From Prochlorococcus sp. AG-679-M23 (GTDB lineage: Bacteria; Cyanobacteriota; Cyanobacteriia; PCC-6307; Cyanobiaceae): a DNA stretch of 64,000 nucleotides. Shown here in pieces: positions 32,750 through 43,889 of this stretch (positions within the stretch are counted from its first letter, which is position 1; every line of letters begins with the position of its first letter). The stretch is from positions 64,001 through 128,000 of the forward strand of contig QCUR01000006.1 of assembly GCA_003208875.1 (NCBI GenBank). The letters run 5' to 3'. The notes beneath the pieces are model-generated. The model searched no databases, was not told the origin of the DNA, and saw nothing but the letters and a program-made list of their open reading frames with translations. The position numbers and the translations under genes are program-made.

Positions 32750-34185
32750 CTGATCCAAATTTTGACTTTGATTTGATAGTAATTGGTGCAGGATATGGAG
32801 GATTTGACGCCGCCAAACATGCTGCAGAAAAAGGTTTAAAAGTTGCCATCATAGAGTCTGGAGATATGGGAGGTACTTGCGTCAATAAAGGATGCGTACC
32901 TTCTAAAGCTCTTTTGGCAGCTAGTGGAAAAGTTAGGGAAATAGCCAATTATGAACATTTAGCAAAATTTGGTATTCATGCTTCCCCTGTTAGATTCGAA
33001 AGATCAAAAATTGCTGATCATGCTAATAATTTAGTCTCAAATGTTAGAGAAAATTTAACAAAAACCCTCAAAAGAAGTGGAGTTGAAATTATTTTAGGAT
33101 TTGGAAGACTTGAAGGTAATCAAAAAGTAGGAGTAAGAGATAATAATGGAATTGATAGGATCTTTACATGTAAAAATACAGTTCTAGCGACAGGTTCTTC
33201 TCCCTTTGTTCCTCCTGGAATAACTTTAGACAATAGAACAGTTTTCACAAGTGATGAAGCAGTAAAACTTGAGTGGCTCCCGAGATGGATAGCCATTATT
33301 GGAAGTGGATATATAGGTTTAGAATTTGCTGATGTATATACCGCTCTAGGTTGCGAAGTGACCATGATTGAGGCTTTGGAAAATATTATGCCCACCTTTG
33401 ATCCGGATATTACAAAAATAGCTAAGAAAAATCTTATTCAATCAAGAGATATTGATACAAAATCTAATGTATTTGCAACTAAGATAACCCCTGGATGCCC
33501 TGTAAAGATAGAACTAACGGATGCAAAATCAAAAGAAATTGTAGAAAACTTAGAAGTTGATGGTGTTCTTGTGGCTACTGGGAGGAGTCCTAATAGTAAA
33601 AATCTTAATCTTGATTCAGTTGGTATAGAAACTATAAAAGGTTACATTCCTATTGATGATCAAATGAGAGTTTTAAATGGTGAAAAAATAATACCTAATG
33701 TTTGGGCCGTTGGTGATGTAACTGGCAAACTTATGCTTGCCCATACAGCAGCAGCTCAAGGAACAATTGCTGTTGAAAATATATGTGGTGAGAATATCGA
33801 AATCGATTATAGGAGTATTCCAGCTGCAACATTCACTCATCCTGAGATAAGTTCAGTAGGCTTATCTGAAACTGATGCTAAAGAAATAGCTATCAAAGAG
33901 GGTTTTACTTTAGGAGTTGTGAAGAGCTATTTTAAAGCTAATTCCAAGGCATTAGCAGAATTAGAAAGTGATGGAATTCTAAAGTTACTTTTCAATAAAG
34001 ACAGTGGAAAAGTATTAGGTGCTCATATCTTTGGGATGCATGCAGCTGATTTGATTCAAGAAATTGCAAATGCAATCTCTAGAAACCAAGATGTAATTAA
34101 ACTAGCTACTGAAGTACATACTCACCCTACTCTTAGTGAAGTAGTTGAGGTCGCTTATAAACAAGCAGCTTCTCAAGTAAAGTAA
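32746..34185 (+). CDS. lpdA: Dihydrolipoyl dehydrogenase
   Basis: GGTCVNKGCVPSK, GSGYIGLE, HPTLSE. Confidence 0.97.
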   Translation: MTDPNFDFDLIVIGAGYGGFDAAKHAAEKGLKVAIIESGDMGGTCVNKGCVPSKALLAASGKVREIANYEHLAKFGIHASPVRFERSKIADHANNLVSNVRENLTKTLKRSGVEIILGFGRLEGNQKVGVRDNNGIDRIFTCKNTVLATGSSPFVPPGITLDNRTVFTSDEAVKLEWLPRWIAIIGSGYIGLEFADVYTALGCEVTMIEALENIMPTFDPDITKIAKKNLIQSRDIDTKSNVFATKITPGCPVKIELTDAKSKEIVENLEVDGVLVATGRSPNSKNLNLDSVGIETIKGYIPIDDQMRVLNGEKIIPNVWAVGDVTGKLMLAHTAAAQGTIAVENICGENIEIDYRSIPAATFTHPEISSVGLSETDAKEIAIKEGFTLGVVKSYFKANSKALAELESDGILKLLFNKDSGKVLGAHIFGMHAADLIQEIANAISRNQDVIKLATEVHTHPTLSEVVEVAYKQAASQVK

Positions 34186-34197
34186 ATTGATTTGTTT

Positions 34198-35085
34198 ATG
34201 GAAATAAGACGTAGGCCTCCAAACCCAACAGTCAGGGTAGAAAACTTAGAATATGCTGTTCCTCATAGAGAGGCAAAAGCAAAAAATATTCTTGAAGAAA
34301 TTGTTTGGCACAAAGATACTGAAATCAAAAATTTTAAGAAAATAATCTCCCTTGAAGATCTTATAAAAAAGCTTGATAAAGTTGATCCACCAAAAGATTT
34401 TTTAAAAAGTATTTTACATTCCAAAATTAAACCGGGAGTTATTGCTGAGATTAAAAAAGCTAGTCCTAGTAAAGGTGTAATAAGAGAAAATTTTAATCCA
34501 AAAGAAATAGCTTCTTGTTATGAAAGGTCTGGTGCCTCATGTATCTCGGTATTGACTGATAAAAGGTTTTTTCAAGGAAGTTATGAAATACTTCAAGATG
34601 TCAGAGGAGTCACTAATCTGCCTTTGCTCTGCAAAGATTTCATTATTTCTGCTTATCAAGTATATAAAGCGAGAGTATCCGGTGCTGATGCAATATTACT
34701 AATTGCTGCAATCTTAAGCGATGATGATTTATTTTATTTGAAGAAAATTGCTGATAATTTAAAGATGAGTGTTTTAGTTGAAGTGCATGATGGTCAAGAA
34801 CTTGAAAGAATATTGAGTTTGAAATCATTTAATTTAATAGGAATAAATAATAGAAACTTGAAGACTTTTAACACTGATCTACAAACATCAATAAGAATAA
34901 TGAGTCACTATTCGGATATATTTTCAAAACATAATATTATTCCTATTAGTGAATCTGGAATAAATAACTCTGAAGATTTAAAAACTCTCAATTCAATTGG
35001 AATTAAGGGAGTTTTAATTGGCGAAAGGTTTATGAGGGAAAGCGATATTGAAAACTCTTTTAAGAAATTATTTAACTCAAATTAA
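34198..35085 (+). CDS. trpC: Indole-3-glycerol phosphate synthase
   Basis: [29 protein letters not shown]. Confidence 0.97.
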   Translation: MEIRRRPPNPTVRVENLEYAVPHREAKAKNILEEIVWHKDTEIKNFKKIISLEDLIKKLDKVDPPKDFLKSILHSKIKPGVIAEIKKASPSKGVIRENFNPKEIASCYERSGASCISVLTDKRFFQGSYEILQDVRGVTNLPLLCKDFIISAYQVYKARVSGADAILLIAAILSDDDLFYLKKIADNLKMSVLVEVHDGQELERILSLKSFNLIGINNRNLKTFNTDLQTSIRIMSHYSDIFSKHNIIPISESGINNSEDLKTLNSIGIKGVLIGERFMRESDIENSFKKLFNSN

Positions 35086-35144
35086 TTAAAGCTGGATATT
35101 TGTGCTATAAAACTGAATATTGTTAAGTTGTATCTTATATATAA

Positions 35145-35813
35145 ATGCAGGTTGTAATAGTAACTGGAATTCTTGCTGGATTTATTCATGTGGTAAGTGG
35201 TGCTGATCATCTTATTGCAATGGCTCCATCATCAATTACGAGTCCAAAAATTGCTGCAAGGAATAGTATCTCATGGGGATTGGGACATTCTTCAGGAGTA
35301 ATTATTTTGGCCTTCTTAGCAATTTTTATAAAAGATATTACCTCTTTAAGTAAATTTTCCAACTTTGCTGAATTTTTAGTTGGTATATCGCTTCTTATTG
35401 TTGGAGTCTTTGCGATAAGAAATTCTTTACATCTAAACATTCACTCTCACTCTCATCAACATAATGGCGTAGCTCATCATCATTTGCATTTTCATAATGA
35501 GGACTCTAAAAAACATAATAAACATTCTCATGCATTGACAGGTTTGGGATTACTTCATGGTTTGGCAGGTGGCTCTCATTTTCTCGCAGTACTTCCGGCA
35601 TTAGCTTTACCTCTTCCTAACGCATTTGCTTATTTAATTTCATATTTAAGTGGTTCTTTAGTAAGTATGATTTTATTTACTTGCCTAATATCTGTTACAA
35701 CTTTAAATGCAGGACAAAAATTTATTAGAAGGTTAATAGCTTTTGCTGGTGGATTATCTTTTTCTATGGGCTTATTTTGGGTCCAAAAAAGTTCTGTACT
35801 ATTTTTGAGCTAG
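35145..35813 (+). CDS. Nickel permease (NiCoT-related, SodT-type)
   Basis: H.VSGADHL, WGLGHS, His-rich loop, GLLHGLAG; adjacent to sodX/sodN. Confidence 0.82.
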   Translation: MQVVIVTGILAGFIHVVSGADHLIAMAPSSITSPKIAARNSISWGLGHSSGVIILAFLAIFIKDITSLSKFSNFAEFLVGISLLIVGVFAIRNSLHLNIHSHSHQHNGVAHHHLHFHNEDSKKHNKHSHALTGLGLLHGLAGGSHFLAVLPALALPLPNAFAYLISYLSGSLVSMILFTCLISVTTLNAGQKFIRRLIAFAGGLSFSMGLFWVQKSSVLFLS

Positions 35814-36154
35814 AAGATTTTTTTTATTTTTGAAGTAACTATTCCAATTACATTTTCATTATTAATTAATCCAAATTTACTGCTGTCATCACTGAAAGCG
35901 ATATTATCTCCTAAAACTTCGATACTATTTTTATTTACATTTTTTACTCTTTTAATTAATCTAATATTTTTAATAGGATGATAGAAAATTACAATTTGAC
36001 CAACTTTTAAAAGTGATTTGTTTTTAATATATTTTTTGAAAAAAACAATGTCACTTTCCTTTAAACTTGGCAGCATAGAATGGCCTTTAACAATTGCGGT
36101 TTTTCTTAATCCAAAAAAAAATGCAATTAAATCGTAAAAATTTTTAGAAATAAT
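35810..36154 (-). CDS. sodX: Ni-SOD maturation protease (S24/S26 family); start uncertain
   Basis: VKGHSMLPSL, IKRV, GDN...SDDS..FG motifs; first ATG is at 36076, but the frame is open upstream. Confidence 0.85.
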   Translation of the reverse strand: MISKNFYDLIAFFFGLRKTAIVKGHSMLPSLKESDIVFFKKYIKNKSLLKVGQIVIFYHPIKNIRLIKRVKNVNKNSIEVLGDNIAFSDDSSKFGLINNENVIGIVTSKIKKIF

Positions 36155-36158
36155 TAAA

Positions 36159-36632
36159 CTAGCTAGCTTTTACAAAAGCATCACTTCTGCCTTTTGATTC
36201 CCAGAAGATGTTATGTATTTTTTCGACATAATTCATTAATTCTTCTGCTTGAGCTAGATCAATATTTACTTTGCAAGCACTACATAATTTCGCTGCTTTC
36301 CAGATTGTTTCATGTAGATCTGGATAAGTTTCTAAGTGAACAGGTTTAAAATAATCTGTCCATAAGATTAGAATTTCTTTCTTTGTCTCTTTAGCTTGCT
36401 CTTCTTTTACGGCCACAAATCTAGAAAATGTATTGCTGTAAGCTGCCCAATCTCCTGAGTCAGTACTTGATGGCGGAGTAAGTGCTACTAGCTTCTTTGT
36501 CATTGCAAGAACTGCTTCAGCAGCGACTCTTGCAGAAGCTGGGTCGTAAACGCCGCACGGGCCATCACAGTGAGCATGTACTTCCAATGTAGATTTTTTA
36601 TTTAAAAGAGAAGTGATTAATTTAGTTAACAT
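36159..36632 (-). CDS. sodN: Nickel superoxide dismutase precursor
   Basis: Ni-hook HCDGPCGVYDPA after a 20-residue leader. Confidence 0.98.
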   Translation of the reverse strand: MLTKLITSLLNKKSTLEVHAHCDGPCGVYDPASARVAAEAVLAMTKKLVALTPPSSTDSGDWAAYSNTFSRFVAVKEEQAKETKKEILILWTDYFKPVHLETYPDLHETIWKAAKLCSACKVNIDLAQAEELMNYVEKIHNIFWESKGRSDAFVKAS

Positions 36633-36706
36633 TCGTTTTTTTATATTTGAATATATCTTACTTGTAGATTAACTAAATTGAAAAGTTTTAGAGGTTATTT
36701 CTTACT

Positions 36707-37279
36707 TTAATTGACTTTTAATAATTCAACTTCAAAAATTAAAGTTGCATTTGCAGGAATTACATTTCCTGCACCTCTTGATCCATAGCCAAGTTCTGGA
36801 GGAATTGTTAATTTTCTTTTTCCACCAACTTTCATTCCTGCTACTCCTTCATCCCAACCCTTAATTACTCTCCCCGCACCTAATGGGAAACTGAATGGTC
36901 CTCTGCCAATACTGGTATCAAATTGGGTCCCATCTTCTAGTGTTCCGGTGTAATTTACAGATACTGTTTGTCCAGAGTTTGCTTCATCTCCCTCTCCATT
37001 GACTATATCTACAATAATTAAGCCACTATCTGTAGTTCTAGAGTTGCTTTCTTCTTGTGTTTCTTCTGCCATAGCGAAAAGTATTGGATTTGGATCAGAT
37101 GGATCTAGTTCAAATATATTAGTATTTGAAACGTTAGATGTTTTTGTAGTGGGTGTTTTATTTACGAATTCAGTTTTTGATTCGGCGGCATTAACAACCT
37201 GAGGGGAGTTAAATTGACTATACAGAGTTAACGAAATGCAAAATACAAAGATTGTAAAACTAATTAAAACTTCTTTCAC
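36707..37279 (-). CDS. FKBP-type peptidyl-prolyl isomerase
   Basis: [29 protein letters not shown]; signal peptide. Confidence 0.95.
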   Translation of the reverse strand: MKEVLISFTIFVFCISLTLYSQFNSPQVVNAAESKTEFVNKTPTTKTSNVSNTNIFELDPSDPNPILFAMAEETQEESNSRTTDSGLIIVDIVNGEGDEANSGQTVSVNYTGTLEDGTQFDTSIGRGPFSFPLGAGRVIKGWDEGVAGMKVGGKRKLTIPPELGYGSRGAGNVIPANATLIFEVELLKVN

Positions 37280-37365
37280 TTAATTTTAAAAATCACTATA
37301 TTTAATTCTACAGAAAAAGGTACAATAATATATCTTTTAAAAAAAATTAATTTAGAAAATTTATA

Positions 37366-38859
37366 TTGTTGACTTCTATTCAAAATAAAAAGTTTAATAA
37401 ATATTTTTATCCATGCTTGGGAGGCATCTTTGGAGGAATTGCTACATCAACGCACTTTTGGTTGTTTTTTATGCCTTTATCCTTATTTATTTTATGGAGT
37501 AACAGTGATAAGAAATTAGCAAACTTTCTTTGGGGGTTTTTCTTTATTTTGGTAAGTCATTCTTGGCTTTTTGAACTTCACCCACTGACTTGGTTAGGTT
37601 TCTCCTGGATATCAAGTTTAATTATTTCCATTTCAATCTTGTTAGGTTGCTCTTTGTTTGGAGGCACATTGGTTTATTCATGGGGTCTTTTAGTTAAAAA
37701 AATTCTCCAAAAAGAAGATATTTCCAACATGAACTATTTAAGATTATTTATAAAAGTTTTATTGTTATCTTTTGCCTGGGGTATAGGTGAATTCTTTCTT
37801 TCCCAAACGCCTCTTTTTTGGATAGGTTTGGGCGAAGGAATTGTTCCCGGAGATTTATACCTTGCAGGTTTAGCAAGATGGATTGGTGCAAGTGGTTTAT
37901 GTGTATTGCAATTAATTATGGGTTTTTGGATATACCTAATTTATGAGAAATGGAAAAGAAAATATCATTTAAAAAAAACATTCCTTTTTGGGTTTTTGAT
38001 TATCATCATTTTACATTTCCTCGGAGGTTTAACAAACCCAATAAACAGAAATAATGACTATCCTGTCGCTCTATGGCAAACTAATATGCCCACAAGAAAA
38101 AAAACGAACTTTAATAATCAATTCATAAATGATAAGTTAATTTCTGCTCAGAAAATTGCTCTATTAAATAATGCAAAACTCCTTATTACACCAGAGGGGA
38201 CTTTGAATAATAATTTTAATTTAAATTTCAAAAGCAAGATTAGGATGTTGGCAGGAGGTTTTAGAAACTCTAAAAATAGCCTAAGAAGTTCCTTGCTTGG
38301 ATATCAAATTGGGGATAAAAATTATTCATCTTACATTGATAAATATAGATTGGTTCCATTTGGGGAGAAAATCCCAGGATTCTTAAATATCTTCTCAAGA
38401 GGACTATCGGCAGTAGGAGGTATTCAGCCAGGATCAAATTCAAGGTTTTTTAAATGGAAATTTACTCAGCCACTTGCAATAGCAATTTGTTATGAAATTA
38501 CTGATGGATTTAAAATAAGAAATGCTATCAACAGTGGGGCAGAACTAATAATTTCAGCAGCTAACTTAGATCCTTATCCAAGGAAGCTTCATGATCAATT
38601 TCTATCTTTGGCCAGAGTACGAAGTATAGAAAATAAAAAAGATAATATTATTGTTTCAAACACTGGCCCCTCAGGATTAATAAGTGAAGACGGAAGAGTA
38701 ATTAAACTCTTTGACCCTAATACTGAGCTAATTGATGTTGTAAATCCTATTTTTTCTACTACAAAAACTTTCTACACAACATATGGGGAACGCCCTTTGT
38801 TTTTCCTATTTTTGCTTTTAATAGGATTAGATTTATATTTTGGAAAATTCACAAATTAA
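37366..38859 (+). CDS. lnt: Apolipoprotein N-acyltransferase
   Basis: TM N-terminus, TPEG, K.RLVPFGE, ICYE, NTGPSG. Confidence 0.92.
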   Translation: MLTSIQNKKFNKYFYPCLGGIFGGIATSTHFWLFFMPLSLFILWSNSDKKLANFLWGFFFILVSHSWLFELHPLTWLGFSWISSLIISISILLGCSLFGGTLVYSWGLLVKKILQKEDISNMNYLRLFIKVLLLSFAWGIGEFFLSQTPLFWIGLGEGIVPGDLYLAGLARWIGASGLCVLQLIMGFWIYLIYEKWKRKYHLKKTFLFGFLIIIILHFLGGLTNPINRNNDYPVALWQTNMPTRKKTNFNNQFINDKLISAQKIALLNNAKLLITPEGTLNNNFNLNFKSKIRMLAGGFRNSKNSLRSSLLGYQIGDKNYSSYIDKYRLVPFGEKIPGFLNIFSRGLSAVGGIQPGSNSRFFKWKFTQPLAIAICYEITDGFKIRNAINSGAELIISAANLDPYPRKLHDQFLSLARVRSIENKKDNIIVSNTGPSGLISEDGRVIKLFDPNTELIDVVNPIFSTTKTFYTTYGERPLFFLFLLLIGLDLYFGKFTN

Positions 38860-40005
38860 TCCGCCTCCTAATAAAATTTCATCTTTATAAAAAACTGCAG
38901 CTTGCCCAGGAGTGATAGAGCTTTGGTGCTCTTCGAAAATCAATTTAAACTTTGTAGTCATGTTGTCTTCATTTTTTACAGGAACTAAAGTTCCCTTTAC
39001 TGGTTCACTCCTATATCGAATTTGTGCTTCTACTTCTATTTCTTTTAAAGGCGCCTCAATTGAAACCCAGTTAACCTTTTTTATTATGGCCTCTCTTTTA
39101 AAAAGATCATTTTTATTTGCGACATAAACTATATTTTGTTGTTTATCTAAACTTTCCACGTATAAAGGCTCTGGCCACGCAATACCCAAACCTTTCCTTT
39201 GTCCAATTGTGAAATGTTGAATACCATTATGAGTGCCAAGAATTTTTCCATTAATATGTTTAATTTCCCCCTCTTTAGGTTCAATATGACTATCAATAAA
39301 TTTTTGCATAGATCCATAATGTTCTACTAAACATAGATCTTGACTCTCTGGTTTTTTTGCAGTTCTAAGTCCTAATCTTAAGGCCTCTTTTCTTGTCTCT
39401 TCTTTTTTAAGGTTTCCTAGTGGAAGTATTAATCTGCTTAATACTTCTTGGGAAAGACTGTAAAGAAAATAACTCTGATCTTTATTTCTATCAGCTCCTC
39501 TTAGGAGTAAGAAATCCTTGAATTGAAAATTTCCAGAGTTTTTGATGTTCTCGCAAGAAACTTTTTGAACTCTTGCGTAGTGACCAGTGGCAATATAAGT
39601 AAATTCCTTTTGTTTAATGACAAAATTGAGCATTTCTTCAAATTTTACATTTTTATTACACATCGAGCATGGAAGTGGAGTGAAACCCGATTCATATCCC
39701 TCAGTAGTCTTTTTAACTACTTCCCTTTCAAAAATTACTCTTGAATCCAATATATTATGGTTAATTCCTAAATCTTCACATAGACCTGCAGCGTCAACTA
39801 ATCCTTCGGAACAACATGAGCCCTCTCCTTTCATTAACCAAAGAGTTAGGCCTTCAACTTCCCAACCCTCTTCAATAAGAAGAGCTGCTGATAGAGAACT
39901 ATCTACTCCGCCTGAAAGACCAACAATAATTTTTTTTTGTTTTTTAGATTTATTATTGATAGAGGAACAGTTCTCTATTTTTTTATCCTTTAGAGTCTTT
40001 AACAT
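38833..40005 (-). CDS. mnmA: tRNA-specific 2-thiouridylase
   Basis: [31 protein letters not shown]. Confidence 0.97.
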   Translation of the reverse strand: MLKTLKDKKIENCSSINNKSKKQKKIIVGLSGGVDSSLSAALLIEEGWEVEGLTLWLMKGEGSCCSEGLVDAAGLCEDLGINHNILDSRVIFEREVVKKTTEGYESGFTPLPCSMCNKNVKFEEMLNFVIKQKEFTYIATGHYARVQKVSCENIKNSGNFQFKDFLLLRGADRNKDQSYFLYSLSQEVLSRLILPLGNLKKEETRKEALRLGLRTAKKPESQDLCLVEHYGSMQKFIDSHIEPKEGEIKHINGKILGTHNGIQHFTIGQRKGLGIAWPEPLYVESLDKQQNIVYVANKNDLFKREAIIKKVNWVSIEAPLKEIEVEAQIRYRSEPVKGTLVPVKNEDNMTTKFKLIFEEHQSSITPGQAAVFYKDEILLGGGLICEFSKI

Positions 40006-40050
40006 GGAATTTTAAAATTTTGAACAGTTTTTAATAGCTTTGAACTAATT

Positions 40051-41619
40051 ATGAAAGAAATTGGATGGCCAACAATTGACTCTAAACATCTAGTTGTTTA
40101 TTCAAAGCAAATGTTGGATTTAGAGAATGAAATTTTTTCTCAAGGAATGCCTCAAGAGGCTTTGATGGAAAAGGTTGGTATTCAGCTATCTAAATGGCTT
40201 TTGCAAAGAAAATCTCTCTTAAAAGAGGGAGTAGTAGTTTTGTTAGGTCCTGGCCATAATGGTGGGGATGGGGCAGTAATTGCTAAAGAGCTTTTTTTAA
40301 AGGGATATCTAGTTAAATTATGGTGCCCATTTCCTTTAAAAAAAACATTAACGATTAATTATGTAAATTATCTTACATCTCTTGGAGTAGAAAAATTAGG
40401 AGAGCCTCCTAATCCTGAAGGGAAACATTTATGGATTGATGCTATTTTCGGGAATAATCAAAAAAGAAAAGTTGATGAAGATTTAATTAAATTATTTAAT
40501 GAAAAATTTAAAAAAAAGTCTGGTAAGGTTGTGAGCATAGATGTGCCAACGGGGTTATGTCCTAATTCTGGCAAACCATTCTTGAAAAATGCTGTAAAAG
40601 CCAACTATAATTTAGTTGTAGGACTTAATAAGATTGGATTATTACAAGATACTGCATTACCTTATGTTGGAGAATTACATCACATCGATATAGGTATATC
40701 TAGAAGTCAGTTATGCAATATAGATAGTAAGATTTTAAAAATTACATATCAAGATTTAAGAACAATTAATCTTCCGTTTTTACCAAAAAATTCAAGTAAA
40801 TATAAAAGAGGCCGAACATTATTAATTGCGGGAAGTGAAAGATATCCTGGGGCAGCATATTTAGCAATAAAAGGTGCTATTTCAAGTGGGGCAGGATTTG
40901 TATCAGCAATTATCCCTGATTTAGTTTCAAAATCTATTTGGCAAGTTGAACCAGAAGTAGTAGTTATAGGAAGACTTAGCAGCGATCAAAATGGAAATTC
41001 AATTTTGTTCAATGCTTTAAAGAATATTGATTTTTCTGCTTATGATTCTATAGTTATTGGCCCAGGAATTGGCTTGAATGAGGATGATTGGGAAAAATCA
41101 ATACAGTACTTATTAGATATAAAAGGTTTATTGATTCTTGATGCGGATGCACTTAATCGAATTTCTAAATCAAATTTGGGATCTAAATTTTTCTTAGAAA
41201 GAAAGTATGAGACTTGGATTACTCCTCATAATAAAGAATTTGCGAGATTATTCCCTGATCTTGACTGTATTAACAAAGTTGAACTGGCTAAAAAAGCAGC
41301 AAAAGAATTTGATATAAGTATCTTATTAAAGGGAGCAAATAGTATTATTGCCAATAATGAAAATGCATGGCAACTTTTTGGAACTGATGCTGAGACTGCT
41401 AGAGCGGGTCTAGGAGATCTTTTATCTGGATTTATTGGTGGATCTTCAGCGCTAGAGTTATCATCTTTTGGAGATTACATAAGGACTGAATCTTTAGCAA
41501 AATATGTTTTTTTACATTCCCTTGCTGCATCAAAGTGTAAAAAAGGATCAAATGCTTCTTTAATAGGGGACCGATTGTCAAAGTTAATGAGAAAAACAAA
41601 AACGAGGCTAATGTCATGA
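40051..41619 (+). CDS. nnr: Bifunctional NAD(P)H-hydrate epimerase/dehydratase
   Basis: YjeF_N GPGHNGGDG, DVPTG; C-domain GPGIG, DADAL, TPH..EF. Confidence 0.92.
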   Translation: MKEIGWPTIDSKHLVVYSKQMLDLENEIFSQGMPQEALMEKVGIQLSKWLLQRKSLLKEGVVVLLGPGHNGGDGAVIAKELFLKGYLVKLWCPFPLKKTLTINYVNYLTSLGVEKLGEPPNPEGKHLWIDAIFGNNQKRKVDEDLIKLFNEKFKKKSGKVVSIDVPTGLCPNSGKPFLKNAVKANYNLVVGLNKIGLLQDTALPYVGELHHIDIGISRSQLCNIDSKILKITYQDLRTINLPFLPKNSSKYKRGRTLLIAGSERYPGAAYLAIKGAISSGAGFVSAIIPDLVSKSIWQVEPEVVVIGRLSSDQNGNSILFNALKNIDFSAYDSIVIGPGIGLNEDDWEKSIQYLLDIKGLLILDADALNRISKSNLGSKFFLERKYETWITPHNKEFARLFPDLDCINKVELAKKAAKEFDISILLKGANSIIANNENAWQLFGTDAETARAGLGDLLSGFIGGSSALELSSFGDYIRTESLAKYVFLHSLAASKCKKGSNASLIGDRLSKLMRKTKTRLMS

Positions 41620-41759
41620 AAGAAACAATTATAAGGAGTTTTTTATAGTTTTAAACACATAACTAAACAATTTATACCTGAAATCTGAAGCAGGTATTAA
41701 GTAATCGTGTATTTCCCTAAAAATGTAGGAAAGTTTTAATACCTCATATCAGGTTTAAA

Positions 41760-42701
41760 ATGGCTTCATCAGTATCAACATCAACTGAACCGCAAAAAAG
41801 AAGAGGTAACGACCCCATAAGTTGGTACCTCTCTAATATAGGTCGTGTCCCTTTATTAACACCTGCTGAGGAAATTGAATTGGGTAACCAAGTTCAAAAA
41901 ATGATGGTTCTAACTGAAGATGGTCAATTAAACGAAAAAATAAATGAATTTACTCCTCAAGATAAAAGAACTATAAAAATTGGAAGAAGAGCAAAAGAGA
42001 GAATGATGAAAGCTAACTTAAGGTTAGTAGTAAGTGTTGCAAAAAAATATCAAGGTAAAGGTCTAGAACTTTTAGACCTTGTTCAAGAAGGTTCTTTAGG
42101 TTTAGAAAGAGCCGTTGAAAAGTTTGATCCTACAAGAGGATATAAGTTCTCTACTTATGCTTTTTGGTGGATCCGTCAAAGTATGACAAGAGCTATTGCC
42201 TGCCAATCCAGAACCATTCGTTTACCAGTTCATTTAAGCGAGAGACTTGCCACTATTAGAAAAATAAGTAGGGAATTAGCACATAAACTTGGAGCAATGC
42301 CAAGTAGAATTGAAATTGCTGAAGCAATGGAAATAGATGTAGAGGAACTTGATTCTGTATTGAGGCAAGCTCTATCAACAAGTAGTTTGGACGCTCCTGT
42401 AAATGGAGATGATGGCAGGAGTTTCTTGGGGGATCTTATTGCAGATAGTAATAATGAAGAGCCCCTAGACCAAGTTGAGCAAAAGATGCATCAAGAGCAG
42501 TTAGGAAAGTGGCTAAGTCACTTAAGCGAACAAGAACAACATGTACTGAAATTAAGGTTCGGATTAGATGGAAACGAGAGACACACCTTAGCAGAAATAG
42601 GAAGGTTGTTAGAAGTCTCGAGAGAAAGAGTAAGACAAGTAGAACTAAAGGCACTTAGAAAACTAAGAAATTTAACCAGAAAATTACCAAGTGGGATTTG
42701 A
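41760..42701 (+). CDS. Group 2 RNA polymerase sigma factor
   Basis: ANLRLVVSVAKKY, KFSTYA.WWIRQ, SRERVRQ; lacks region 1.1. Confidence 0.95.
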   Translation: MASSVSTSTEPQKRRGNDPISWYLSNIGRVPLLTPAEEIELGNQVQKMMVLTEDGQLNEKINEFTPQDKRTIKIGRRAKERMMKANLRLVVSVAKKYQGKGLELLDLVQEGSLGLERAVEKFDPTRGYKFSTYAFWWIRQSMTRAIACQSRTIRLPVHLSERLATIRKISRELAHKLGAMPSRIEIAEAMEIDVEELDSVLRQALSTSSLDAPVNGDDGRSFLGDLIADSNNEEPLDQVEQKMHQEQLGKWLSHLSEQEQHVLKLRFGLDGNERHTLAEIGRLLEVSRERVRQVELKALRKLRNLTRKLPSGI

Positions 42702-42702
42702 T

Positions 42703-43740
42703 TTAATCTTCGGCCCAAATATATTTAGTTAATTCGCTAGAAGGCGGTTCTGGAGAATCTAGAGCATTTTTAACAGATTCAGAGATTTCTAAATCTATTT
42801 TCTTCTCTATAGTTTTTAACTCCTCTTCATTAGCAAAATTCCCTTCTATCATCTGATTAGCTAATTTCTTAATGGGATCTCTTTTGGCCCAGAATTCTTT
42901 TTCTTCTTCAGCTCTTAATTCATCAGGATCAGCTAAAGAATGACCTCTGAATCTGTAAGTTAAACATTCTAGCAAAGTAGGACCCTCTCCAGCTCTTGCT
43001 CTTTCGACAGCTCTTTGAGCAGCTCCCCTCACAGCTAATACATCCATCCCATCAACTTCTTCACCATGCATACCGAAAGCCGATGCTTTTCTCCATATTT
43101 CTGGGTTGCTTGTAGCTCTGTCATGGGCCATGCCAATAGCCCATTTATTATTTTCAACTACAAAAATTATTGGTAACTTCCATAATTGGGCCATATTCAA
43201 ACATTCAAAGAATTGTCCATTATTACAAGTCCCATCTCCAAAGAAAGCAGCTGTTACAGAGTCACTTTGATTGTCACCTGCAACTTCTTTTTTGTACTTA
43301 CTTGAAAAAGCTGATCCCAAAGCAACTGGAATACCTTCTCCAATGAAAGCATATCCTCCTAATAGATGATGCTCTTTTGAGAACAAATGCATAGAACCAC
43401 CTCTGCCTTTACTGCACCCTGTTGCTTTACCGAATAATTCACTCATCACTTCAAAAGATGGAACACCCGCACTAAGAGCATGGACATGATCGCGATAGGT
43501 ACTACAAAACCAGTCATGCTTCCTTTTCATTGCACCTATCACACCAGTGCTGATTGCTTCTTGCCCGTTATAAAGGTGTACAAACCCAAACATCTTGCCT
43601 CTGTAGTACATCTCTGCACATTTATCTTCAAATCTTCTACCAAGCGTCATATCTTCATAGAGAAATAATCCGGTTTCACGATCTAACTTCGCTTTTTTAA
43701 AGTCCTGAAGATTTGAAATTCTCTCTACGTGTGTTTCCAA
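42703..43740 (-). CDS. pdhA: Pyruvate dehydrogenase E1 alpha subunit
   Basis: [18 protein letters not shown] motif, YRFRGHS. Confidence 0.97.
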   Translation of the reverse strand: METHVERISNLQDFKKAKLDRETGLFLYEDMTLGRRFEDKCAEMYYRGKMFGFVHLYNGQEAISTGVIGAMKRKHDWFCSTYRDHVHALSAGVPSFEVMSELFGKATGCSKGRGGSMHLFSKEHHLLGGYAFIGEGIPVALGSAFSSKYKKEVAGDNQSDSVTAAFFGDGTCNNGQFFECLNMAQLWKLPIIFVVENNKWAIGMAHDRATSNPEIWRKASAFGMHGEEVDGMDVLAVRGAAQRAVERARAGEGPTLLECLTYRFRGHSLADPDELRAEEEKEFWAKRDPIKKLANQMIEGNFANEEELKTIEKKIDLEISESVKNALDSPEPPSSELTKYIWAED

Positions 43741-43889
43741 GAAAATACCTTAATGAAGTTTTGATTTGTTAACATTCTAAGCTTCAATGGACGATTTTTA
43801 TGTTTTTTTTTAATAACTCTCCAAGACCTTATGAAAAAAAAATATAAATTGATAAAATTCATCTAAAGGATTTTCAATAGGATATTTGT

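Noticed and set aside
35145..36632. Ni-SOD module as a novel system
   Set aside because: sodN, sodX and a Ni permease form an established module in marine picocyanobacteria; only the sodX start is unusual.
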